Part shown: positions 1-8,509 of the stretch, in pieces
Layout: each line of letters starts with the position of its first letter
Position numbering within the stretch: the stretch's first letter is position 1
NCBI GenBank assembly: GCA_046754465.1
Contig: JBHHVU010000003.1
Coordinates: 1 to 64,000 of the forward strand
Direction: 5' to 3'
Length of the DNA: 64,000 nt
Origin: Nitrospinaceae bacterium
Lineage (GTDB): Bacteria; Nitrospinota; Nitrospinia; Nitrospinales; VA-1
The notes under the pieces: model-generated
Told to the model about the DNA's origin: nothing
Database searches by the model: none
Seen by the model: the letters and a program-made list of their open reading frames with translations, nothing else
Program-made: the position numbers and the translations under genes

Positions 1-52
1 CAGTCGCTACACCAGCGCTCACCTGCAAGAATTTCCTTCTGTTTAACCTCAT
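1..52 (-). CDS. nxrA: 5' end (17 codons) of a Tat-exported protein, probably nitrite oxidoreductase alpha subunit; runs off the window
   Basis: Reverse complement from ATG at 52 reads MRLNRRKFLQVSAGVAT (twin-Arg RRxFL motif), with SD AAAGGGAGGG at 70-61. Matches my recollection of the Nitrospina NxrA N-terminus; only 17 aa are visible. Confidence 0.7.
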   Translation of the reverse strand, partial: MRLNRRKFLQVSAGVAT

Positions 53-90
53 AAAACTTGCCCTCCCTTTCGGTTAAAAAAATTAACCTT

Positions 91-149
91 TGGTTTAAAC
101 TTTGAGCTCTTGCCTTATTTGGTGGTTTAAACTTTGAGCTCTTGCCTTA
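91..149. repeat. Two identical 27-bp direct repeats (91-117, 123-149), 32-bp period
   Basis: tggtttaaactttgagctcttgcctta occurs twice, read directly from the sequence. Confidence 0.95.
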
Positions 150-154
150 ATTTT

Positions 155-172
155 GCATACCTCCCTGTATGC
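155..172 (-). promoter_or_regulatory. Hairpin with GGA hexaloop, CsrA/Rsm-site-like, in the putative nxrA leader
   Basis: Minus strand GCATAC-AGGGAG-GTATGC: perfect 6-bp stem with an ANGGAN loop. Confidence 0.45.
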
Positions 173-270
173 CCAGAAATGATCTTCCCTCCCTTCTATT
201 TGGTTACAAAAGTTAATACCAGCCAGTTGTTTTCCATCCAACCAGAATTAAAAACAATCAAACCGCCGGC

Positions 271-1461
271 TCAACCCACGCCGGCCCTTAACTCGTACAC
301 TTCGATGCAACGGTCACAGGCACCATCTTTACTTTCCCAATCGGGGAAGTCGATTTTTATAGCTTCGATGACCATTTCATCACAGATACTTTCGGGATCA
401 TCCACCCAGTTATAAGTGGGAAACTTACACAGAGGACAGGGCGACCCTTGCAAATGGATATAATCCCGCTCTTCCTCGCTGATTTCGCTTTCATCCACAT
501 ATTTACTCATCAAGGTATCGAGGTCGGTCGCCATAGACAGCAACTCTTCATGAGTAAACATTTCCGTTTTCCACAACCCCTCGAAAATCCCTCTTCTTTG
601 CGGTCCGGGAATTTTTCGGTAGTAATTGTCGAACTCCCTGAAGCGCGCATCTCTTGTCATCACGGAGATGACTCCCATCTTGGCAAGACGGGCATCCACA
701 TAAATATTCCAAAGCAGACGAAACCGCCCGGTGATCAGGTTTTTTATGGATGGATTGCCAGGAATGAAGGAATCTTCATAGTCGAACTCGGGATCGACCA
801 TGTCTTTGGCGTGCATGAATTCGTGGATGAGGAAAGCGCTCAGGTCGTGCGCTTCTTCGGGGTTGCTGAATCGGCTGGCCAAAACCCGCATTTCGATTTT
901 GGGTTTGTCGCTGGAACGCGCCAGCACGTTGGAGCCTTCATCTACTTTATTAATAGCTCTTTTGACCACAACAGCATCAATCCGCTCTTCAAAATCCCGG
1001 GCCAAATCATAAGCCACTTCCCCTTCCTTATCCTGAGGCGGGGAATTGTCATTGGGTTCCTGCAGGGATTCAAGTTCCTGGTTTTGCTCTTCCTCGGGGG
1101 GGGATCCGGAATCTCTTTCTGCATCCTCTGTTGGTGCAGAATCTTCTGGAGATTCGTTTTCCGTATCTTCGGCGGCGGGAATTTGCAGGACAGGATTGCG
1201 GCTGGTCCGTTTTCTTTTGGGAATGAGGCCAACGGCTTCCAGGGAGCACAGAACGTGATCGCCCAGCTTGAGTTTTTCGATAAAGAAAATTCGGTTTATC
1301 TTTTCGAAAGCTTCTTCGCGGTCATCTTCGGGAAGTTCGTAGATGGGATCGGCAAGGGAGTGATACTCGTCGTAATCCGCACGAAACCCCGAACGTTCAT
1401 GGTGGTTCAGGTACCGGAATACGGCTTCTTCCATGAGCTGCGGGCTATAAGTAACTTTCAT
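271..1461 (-). CDS. Hypothetical HExxH metallopeptidase-like protein with C-terminal CxxC...CxxC and an acidic insertion
   Basis: 396-aa ORF; HEFMH followed by WNIYVDARL; CPLC and CDRC near the C-terminus. Confidence 0.8.
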   Translation of the reverse strand: MKVTYSPQLMEEAVFRYLNHHERSGFRADYDEYHSLADPIYELPEDDREEAFEKINRIFFIEKLKLGDHVLCSLEAVGLIPKRKRTSRNPVLQIPAAEDTENESPEDSAPTEDAERDSGSPPEEEQNQELESLQEPNDNSPPQDKEGEVAYDLARDFEERIDAVVVKRAINKVDEGSNVLARSSDKPKIEMRVLASRFSNPEEAHDLSAFLIHEFMHAKDMVDPEFDYEDSFIPGNPSIKNLITGRFRLLWNIYVDARLAKMGVISVMTRDARFREFDNYYRKIPGPQRRGIFEGLWKTEMFTHEELLSMATDLDTLMSKYVDESEISEEERDYIHLQGSPCPLCKFPTYNWVDDPESICDEMVIEAIKIDFPDWESKDGACDRCIEVYELRAGVG

Positions 1462-1985
1462 TTGCCCTGACTGGTAGGTTGATCAGTTTCGGACACTGGT
1501 TCGCATGGACAAAAAACCGGCGTATCTTTTTTCCTAGATGGGACAATATATATGTAATTTAACAGCCAATGTCAAGCAAATACGCTAATATTTTTTGGGG
1601 AAAACATGGGGAAAAACGGTTGATTTTTCCCGGTTACTCCACGCCAGGAACGGCAAATCTTTCCATATCGCCCAAAACAAGCCCCATTCTTTTGATTTTT
1701 AAAACATTAATCCACTTCAGCCGTATACCATCCGGCAAAAAAATTCCTTTTGGAAACAACTTTTTTTCTTGAAATCTCACTATCTGCACGCCAAATCACA
1801 CCCGTTTTGGGAACCCGTGGGTCCCGTCCTGTCCCTCTGGGAGCACCTGCCGGATACCGGTTTGAGGTGAGGTTGGTTTGATTGTGTTACGGGCGACATA
1901 CCGTGCCCCACCCTCACAGGCTTATGGGAAGGTCTCCTTATGGCGCGTCCGGGGCCAAAATAACAATCAACCGCCCGGCAAACCT

Positions 1986-4586
1986 TTATTTTTTATCGAT
2001 GCTGTCCTTGAGTTTGTCTATTTTCTGAATCGCCGTCATCATGGGCTCTGGATCTCCCAGTTCCCTGGCGACGGCCCGGGCCTGGTCAAGATACTTATCT
2101 CCGGCGTCTTTCCGACTCACGACAATTTCCATTTGCGCCACGGTCAGGTACAACTGAAACTGGTTGGCTAGGTTTTTCACCTCGGCGAAGGTTTTCCCGG
2201 CTTCGTCGAAATAATTTTCGGCTTTTTCAAATTGGTCGTCCTTGAACTTGAGGTTGCCCAGATAGGTGTAATCCTGCGCGGTCCCCAATTTGTCACCGAT
2301 TTCCTGTGTCAGTTTGAGGGCATCTAAATAATATTTTTCCGCTTCTTTTCTTTTACCATTACTGAAACTGAGATTGCCAATATTGCGATAATCCTCGGCG
2401 ATTTCTTTTTTATCCCCCCTTTTTTTGGAGATATCGAAAGCGGCCTTGAAATTTTCCTCGGCTTTTTCACGGTAGCCCCGATCCATATACAATTTGCCCA
2501 GATTGCGCAGGTCGATACAAATTTCATGGGGATCCTGCATTTCCCGGGCTTTTTCAAGGGCTTTTTTATAATAGACCTCTTGCTTGGTCCGATCCTTTTT
2601 CTGGCCATAAATATTGGCGAGGTTCCGGTTATCATAGCAAGAGGACCTCAAACTCTTGATCTCCTCGGACATTTCGAGGGCTTTCAGGGCATATTTTTCA
2701 GCCTGGGTCCAGTCTTCTTTCTGGACGTATAAATCACATTGATTTCTATAATCTTCCCCCATTTCCCGCTTGTTGCCCATTTGGCGGTTAATTTCCAAGG
2801 CTTTTAAATAATTTTGTTCCGCTCCCGCCCAATCCTTTTTTTGCAGGCAAATAATTCCCATGTTCCGGTAATCGTTGACCATCCCGGCGGGATTGCCTGT
2901 TTTTTGGTTGAGGCGGAGGGACTTTTTCATGATTTTTTCCGCCTGGTCCCATTTACCGATGCGCATTAAAATCTTGGCCCGGCTCCCGTATAATTCCACC
3001 AAACCCTGTTTATCCTGCAGTTTCTCCTTGATTTGGATGGCCCTTGAATAGGATTCGTCGGCTTCTTTCAGGTCTTTTTTCTCCAGGAGGATGCTTGCGA
3101 GGTGAGCCAGGGTTGCGCTCATTCCCCTTTCATCCTTGATTTTTTCCTGCAAGGAAACCACTTGCTGGAGGGTATCGACGGATTTGCCGAAATCACGGAC
3201 CATGAAGTAAATGTTTCCAAGATCGCCCAGGATGGCTACTTTCTTGTTATCATCTTTCTGGACCTCTGGCTTTTCCAGTTCCTTCAACAGGTCCTTCCGC
3301 CGGTTTTCCAGATATTTGGGCTGGCCCATGATATGAACCAGCTTATCCTGGATTTGACGGACCATCTGTGAGTCCTTCAGGGCCTCGTAAAGGCTGTTGG
3401 CCTGGTTGAGATAACCCTCGGCCTGTTGAAATTCTTCCCGTTTGAAGTAAATGTCCCCCAAGGCTTCATACTGTTGCGCCATTCCCGGCCGGTTTTCCAG
3501 GTTCTCCATGAGTTCCAGAGATTTGCCATGATGTTCCAGGGCGGCATCCCATTCCTTTTGCAGGCTTTTGACGTTTCCCAGGTTGGACTGGCCCCGGGCT
3601 TCACCCAGGGTATCGCCCAGTTCCTTCATGATCTTGAGGGACTCGTTGTAATAATTCCACGCCTGGGGTAGATCCTTTTTATGGAGACAGACATTGCCGA
3701 GGCTGCCAAGGAGATAGGATTGCCGGCGCAGGTCTTTTCCCTCTCTTATGATGTCCAGTGCCTTGCGAAAACTCTCCTCGGCCTGATTGAGTTTATCGGG
3801 TTGTCCGGCGAGCGCGATTTGCAGCAGGGTTCCCGCCAAGTTGCCATAACAGATGCCGACGGAATGTTTGTCATCCATTTCCTCGTAAATGAGAATGGAT
3901 TTTCGGATGGTATCCGCCACTTTGTCCAATTGCGCGCTCCGGAAATAAATGTCCTCCAGTTCCTGATATTTGACCAAAAGGTCGGCCTTTTTCCGGGCTC
4001 GGCCGAGCTTTTCAATTGCCTCCAGTAAACCGTCCGCCATCTTTTTTAAATAGCCCGGGTGTTTCTGGATGGAATCAATTTTCTCTTCGAGTTGATGGAT
4101 TTTTTCCTGGTCTTCTTTTTTGTCCAAACAGACACTGGCTTTTTGGAAATACTCCCTGGCGGATTCGAAATCCTCCCGTTTGAGGCGGACGTTGCCCAGG
4201 TATTCGTAATAAATTCCCTGTCCAAAACTGTCCTTGGCCTTCTCCATCAAATCCAGGGCTTTTTGATAATTCTCTTCCGCCTTGTCCAGACTGCCCTTGT
4301 ACAAATAAACACTGCCTAAATTACCCAGTGAACTTTCGATCCCCTTGAGGTCGTCGACTTTTTCCATCAGGGTCAGGGATTGGGAGTAGTACTTCTCAGC
4401 CATATCTAGCCGTCGGCTTTGAAAACAGATGTTCCCCAGGTTGCCCAACACATACGCCTTGCCGGTATCATCCCCGGATTGTTCCATTAATTTCAAGGCA
4501 TTTAAAAAATGCGATTCGGCTTCCTGGAGGTTATTCTTTTCAAGGCTGGCATATCCGAGTTTTTCGTGTTTCCGTCCTTCATTCAT
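1986..4586 (-). CDS. Large tetratricopeptide-repeat protein (866 aa)
   Basis: Many ~40-aa repeats of the type (Y)GNLGxxYxxxGxxxxAxxYYxKAL along the whole length. Confidence 0.92.
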   Translation of the reverse strand: MNEGRKHEKLGYASLEKNNLQEAESHFLNALKLMEQSGDDTGKAYVLGNLGNICFQSRRLDMAEKYYSQSLTLMEKVDDLKGIESSLGNLGSVYLYKGSLDKAEENYQKALDLMEKAKDSFGQGIYYEYLGNVRLKREDFESAREYFQKASVCLDKKEDQEKIHQLEEKIDSIQKHPGYLKKMADGLLEAIEKLGRARKKADLLVKYQELEDIYFRSAQLDKVADTIRKSILIYEEMDDKHSVGICYGNLAGTLLQIALAGQPDKLNQAEESFRKALDIIREGKDLRRQSYLLGSLGNVCLHKKDLPQAWNYYNESLKIMKELGDTLGEARGQSNLGNVKSLQKEWDAALEHHGKSLELMENLENRPGMAQQYEALGDIYFKREEFQQAEGYLNQANSLYEALKDSQMVRQIQDKLVHIMGQPKYLENRRKDLLKELEKPEVQKDDNKKVAILGDLGNIYFMVRDFGKSVDTLQQVVSLQEKIKDERGMSATLAHLASILLEKKDLKEADESYSRAIQIKEKLQDKQGLVELYGSRAKILMRIGKWDQAEKIMKKSLRLNQKTGNPAGMVNDYRNMGIICLQKKDWAGAEQNYLKALEINRQMGNKREMGEDYRNQCDLYVQKEDWTQAEKYALKALEMSEEIKSLRSSCYDNRNLANIYGQKKDRTKQEVYYKKALEKAREMQDPHEICIDLRNLGKLYMDRGYREKAEENFKAAFDISKKRGDKKEIAEDYRNIGNLSFSNGKRKEAEKYYLDALKLTQEIGDKLGTAQDYTYLGNLKFKDDQFEKAENYFDEAGKTFAEVKNLANQFQLYLTVAQMEIVVSRKDAGDKYLDQARAVARELGDPEPMMTAIQKIDKLKDSIDKK

Positions 4587-4738
4587 CTGGCAATCACCTT
4601 TTTCGAAAATTATTCTTTACGCCCGCATGGCGTCCCACCCGGTTCCGTCCCCACCTGGAAAGGGATCCCTATCGGAGAAGGTCTCCAACGTCACGCAAAA
4701 CCACCCGCTTCAAATATCTGGAAACTTGATAGGAATGA

Positions 4739-4767
4739 ATTATATGAAGAGGTTTTCCGCCTGTCAA
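4739..4767 (-). promoter_or_regulatory. Consensus sigma70 promoter for the TPR gene
   Basis: Minus strand TTGACA-N17-TATAAT, exact consensus. Confidence 0.8.
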
Positions 4768-4846
4768 CTCACAGGGAGGAACCGGGGAAGGATTCGTTAC
4801 CGAATCGGCCAAGGGTTCCTTCAGGGGTTTGATGGTTTGGCGGGGT

Positions 4847-6691
4847 TTATAAATTGGAATTGTGTGGCAGGGCCAGGGTCAAATATTTGCCCCGCTCCCC
4901 ATAAAGGATGTGCCTGTCTTCCAGTTCGGCCACGATCTCCTCCAGGGAACCGGGTTCCAGGTTTTGGCCCCTCTCTTCTTCCAGGTGGGACCGGATTTGT
5001 TCGAGGGATTTCGCGCTTTCGCTGCAAAAGGGAATGATCCATCCGGGCGCGCCCTCAAACCGCGTCTTGGCCGGGTACTCCCGGGACCTCCCATCATAAA
5101 CGGTGACGAAATCCATGGATTTGGTGAAAAACAGGAATGGCAGTTCATCCGACTGGTGCCGCCGCTTCCATTCCGCCACAGTTTCTTGCAGTTCGCGGAC
5201 CAGGCGGGGATCGATGCGCGTGCCGGATTCGAACTCAAAATCATAGGCAACCTTCATCAGATCGATCGTCCTGGAATCATAAACGAAGGGGTACGCTTCG
5301 CCGGGGCCTTTCATTCGGATTCCGTACTGGTCCGGGCGCGTGAAATAAGGGCTGAATCGTTCCAGCCAGAGGTTGCCCACGCCCATGGGCGGGGGCAGGT
5401 GGATCAGGGGTTGGATTTTTTCGATCTGACGGCGGTAATCTTCATCCGTCTCTCCCGGGAACCCGGTCAATATGTTCCAACTGACCTCGATTCCATAATA
5501 CATGGCCCATTTCAGGCAAAAAATGTTCTGGATGGGCCGGACTCCTTTATCCATTTCGAGCAACTGGTTGGAGCTGAAACTCTCAATCCCCGGCTGGATG
5601 ACGTTGACCCCGCCCTGGGCCAGGGTTTTGATCTGCAGTTTGGTCAGGTTGCTTTTCACTTCTATAAAGAACTGCAGGTCATAATTTTCCCTGGCGAATT
5701 TTCCGAACACGCCATCAATATATTTCAGTTCCAGGATATTGTCGACGATGCGGAACCGGTAGGTGCCGTAACGGTTGGAAAGGGCGGCGATATCGTCATG
5801 AACCTGGTCCATGCTCCGCGCCCGGAACTTCATGGTGGAGGCGTTCAGGCCGCAAAAGGTGCAGTGATGTTTTTCTCCCCACCAGCATCCCCGGGCCGTT
5901 TCGTAAAGGATGATCGGATTCTCCAACAGGGGGGAGCCGGGATCGATCGCCCGAAGCTGGTCAAAATAATCATCGTAATCCGGCAGGGCGGCGTTATGAA
6001 ACTCGGTAAACATCTGATGGTTCTCCTCGTGGACGATCTGACCGTCCTTGCGATGGACCACCCCCCTGGGCACCGGTCCGCCGTTTTCCAATGCCGCCAT
6101 CAGGTCCGGCAACACCGGCTCGGCTTCGCCGATGACCGCGTAATCGATCCAGGGGAAAACCCGGAAATATTCCAGGCCCATCTCCGAATCAAAATTGGAC
6201 CCGCCGAAAAGGATTTTGATGGAGGGATATTTCTCCTTGATGAGCTTGGCCAGGGTCACGCTGGCGATATTCTGATTGAAGGTCGAGGTGAATCCGACGA
6301 CGGAATAATTCCCCCAATCGAATTCGTCCACCGCCCATTGAAGAAATTCCGGCGCCAATCGGGTTTTGACATCCCATAAAAACTCCCGGGGACGTTCAAT
6401 GGACCGGCACACATCCTCGATATGGGATGAAAATTGGCTCATGTATTCCTTGTTTTTTTGGCAATCTCCAAATAAATGGTGGGAAAAAAGCCATTCGCCC
6501 GTCAGGAATCTTTTTTCGCATAATTCGTTATAAATGGGAATTCCCAGCTGATGGGCAAAATTGAGGTTCAGGTAATGACTCTTCACTTCCAGTCCGCGGG
6601 ATTTCAACAAGGCGGAAAGGGTCCCCAACTGGATGGAGGGATAAATATGAAAGCCAAACGGCATATTGACTAACGCTATATTCAAGGACAT
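4847..6691 (-). CDS. B12-binding radical SAM protein, RiPP-maturation C-methyltransferase-like family
   Basis: N-terminal cobalamin-binding-like domain (VNMPF...PSIQLG, VVGFTSTF, GGSNFD, GEAE) and ETARGCWWGEKHHCTFCGLN (Cx7Cx2C), a signature of this family. Confidence 0.88.
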   Translation of the reverse strand: MSLNIALVNMPFGFHIYPSIQLGTLSALLKSRGLEVKSHYLNLNFAHQLGIPIYNELCEKRFLTGEWLFSHHLFGDCQKNKEYMSQFSSHIEDVCRSIERPREFLWDVKTRLAPEFLQWAVDEFDWGNYSVVGFTSTFNQNIASVTLAKLIKEKYPSIKILFGGSNFDSEMGLEYFRVFPWIDYAVIGEAEPVLPDLMAALENGGPVPRGVVHRKDGQIVHEENHQMFTEFHNAALPDYDDYFDQLRAIDPGSPLLENPIILYETARGCWWGEKHHCTFCGLNASTMKFRARSMDQVHDDIAALSNRYGTYRFRIVDNILELKYIDGVFGKFARENYDLQFFIEVKSNLTKLQIKTLAQGGVNVIQPGIESFSSNQLLEMDKGVRPIQNIFCLKWAMYYGIEVSWNILTGFPGETDEDYRRQIEKIQPLIHLPPPMGVGNLWLERFSPYFTRPDQYGIRMKGPGEAYPFVYDSRTIDLMKVAYDFEFESGTRIDPRLVRELQETVAEWKRRHQSDELPFLFFTKSMDFVTVYDGRSREYPAKTRFEGAPGWIIPFCSESAKSLEQIRSHLEEERGQNLEPGSLEEIVAELEDRHILYGERGKYLTLALPHNSNL

Positions 6692-6697
6692 GGGATT

Positions 6698-6706
6698 ATT
6701 TTACCA
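6698..6706 (-). promoter_or_regulatory. Extended -10 promoter placing the TSS at the ATG (leaderless mRNA)
   Basis: Minus strand TGG-TAAAAT-AATCCC-ATG; no SD sequence before the ATG. Confidence 0.55.
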
Positions 6707-6881
6707 AGTCCCCAAGACCAATTCCCAACAAATTCGCTTCCATTCGCAATAACTGTCCAATGAACGTTCTCCAAACCCTTTGGGGTGCTCACGATTCGGG
6801 GGGAAGATCCGTGGTCCCATTGCGGCCAAAAGCATCGGTGCCGCGGAGGAAAATTAAAATATTAGAAATGTTTCCTTTAAA

Positions 6882-6897
6882 GTGCAACAATTTGCAC
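6882..6897. promoter_or_regulatory. Palindromic putative operator between divergent genes
   Basis: GTGCAA-caat-TTGCAC inverted repeat. Confidence 0.35.
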
Positions 6898-6968
6898 GCG
6901 CGCCAGGGGACTCCACGGGGCAAACGTCAAACCACTTTCTGAACACGGGAAAATCGATCCGCCAAAAG

Positions 6969-8390
6969 ATGGAAACTTTTAAATTATTGTACATCGCGAT
7001 AGGGCCTGGAATCGCAGTTGCCGTGTATATTTATTTTTCCGACAAGTGGGAACCCGAACCGAAAACCATGGTGGTTAAAAGTTTTCTTTTGGGAGGATTG
7101 GCCTGCTTTCCCACCGGTTATTTTGAGGGGGTTTTTGAAAATGTTTTTGGTCTGGAAGATATTTTCAGTGGAAACTTCGGTACTTTTTGGCAGCAACAGG
7201 TTTTCTATGCTTTTTTCGGAGTATCTCTCATAGAGGAATCCTGCAAATTTTTATTCCTTAAGGGATTCATCTACGACGACCGGGAGTTTAGCGAACCGTT
7301 TGACGGAATTGTCTACGGGGGCATCCTGGGCTGCGGCTTCGCCACCGTGGAAAATCTTCTTTATGTTTTTCGCCTGGGTCCCGAGGCGGGAATGTTTCGA
7401 TTATTCACCGCGGTTCCCGGCCATGCTTTCGAAGGAATCCTGTTGGGCTATTTTATGGGGAGGGCCAAGTTCAGCCTCGAATCGGAAAAAGAATTAATCA
7501 AGGGCCTGGTTTTGGTGGTGATTCTTCACGGAATTTATGATACCGCCGTGTTGTCTCGTGCGGAGGGGTCGTTCATTTTAATATTTGCAATGGTATTTCT
7601 TGGCATTTACCTGGGTTTGAGGGCTAAAAAGGAATTGGAAAAGCATTCCGCGGTCATTGAATTTTCACCCGCGGAATTCATGCTCCTGAAGAGGGGCAGA
7701 AAAAAAGGGCCTCTGCATTTAAAAGATATTCGTGATTTGCTATCGCAAGGAAAATTAAAACCTGAAGATTTGCTCCTCGTCAAAAAAACCGGGAAAACAA
7801 AATCCATAAAAGAAATTTTCTCTTCAAAAATCCTTGCACAATATAAGAGCCTGGTCAAAACTCCCTCCAAGGGGCAACCGGTTGGGTATTTTTTGATTTT
7901 ATACGTATTAACCTTTGGCCTTTATTTTTATTTCTGGTTCCTCAGGAATTACAGAAAATTCAGAAATCATAAGGGAATAAAATTAAACCCGGAATTAAAA
8001 ACCCTGACCCTCTTCATAGTCTCCATTATTCCTTATTTTATTTATGGGATGGTCCTGGCGAGTTCCATTGAATTCAAATGGGAAGGTTTCATTAAAATTT
8101 CATTGGACTTGACCGTCGCGGGAATACGGTCCGTTTTCCTGTTTTTTCAACTCCGTATCCTTAAGCGATTTTTAAAAAGGCGGATTAAAGGATCGTTCGG
8201 AGTTTTAACCATCGTCCTTGCCTATTTTGTTTTAGACACCGCAATTAAACTGCTGTCCTTGGGCACGCCTTTTTACCTGCTTCTTACGATTATTCTGGTT
8301 TTAGGCCAAGGGGGGGTTTTGGCTGTCGTTCAAAAGGATTTAAACCGGTATTGGAAACTGGAAAGGGAACGAATAGCCGATACGATATAA
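6969..8390 (+). CDS. PrsW-family intramembrane glutamic metalloprotease fused to GYF_2-like and DUF4234-like domains
   Basis: PrsW motifs EESCK, GFATVEN, H(A)...HGIYD; then KKGPLHLKDIRDLLSQGKLKPEDLL; then membrane region LTFGLYFYFWF. ATG at 6969 chosen over GTG at 6882. Confidence 0.85.
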   Translation: METFKLLYIAIGPGIAVAVYIYFSDKWEPEPKTMVVKSFLLGGLACFPTGYFEGVFENVFGLEDIFSGNFGTFWQQQVFYAFFGVSLIEESCKFLFLKGFIYDDREFSEPFDGIVYGGILGCGFATVENLLYVFRLGPEAGMFRLFTAVPGHAFEGILLGYFMGRAKFSLESEKELIKGLVLVVILHGIYDTAVLSRAEGSFILIFAMVFLGIYLGLRAKKELEKHSAVIEFSPAEFMLLKRGRKKGPLHLKDIRDLLSQGKLKPEDLLLVKKTGKTKSIKEIFSSKILAQYKSLVKTPSKGQPVGYFLILYVLTFGLYFYFWFLRNYRKFRNHKGIKLNPELKTLTLFIVSIIPYFIYGMVLASSIEFKWEGFIKISLDLTVAGIRSVFLFFQLRILKRFLKRRIKGSFGVLTIVLAYFVLDTAIKLLSLGTPFYLLLTIILVLGQGGVLAVVQKDLNRYWKLERERIADTI

Positions 8391-8509
8391 AATCTTTTTT
8401 TGATGGAACCGCCGGGAAAGGCAAGGGGATGTTAAAGCTCGGCAGGGGGGACCCTCCCAGGGCGGGAGAAAAAAAATGAGCCGGCCGCGGACCTCCTCCC
8501 CCCCGCATA

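Noticed and set aside
91..149. Possible CRISPR array (27-bp repeat)
   Set aside because: Only two copies with a 5-nt gap, and no cas genes.
448..1470. 340-aa plus-strand ORF and other long antisense ORFs (e.g. 4862-6379, 48871-50286, 34781-35929)
   Set aside because: Shadow frames opposite well-supported genes in GC-rich DNA; no recognisable motifs.
4587..4846. RiPP precursor peptide between the radical SAM and TPR genes
   Set aside because: No small ORF with an SD and leader/core character; the gap is occupied by a promoter and leader.
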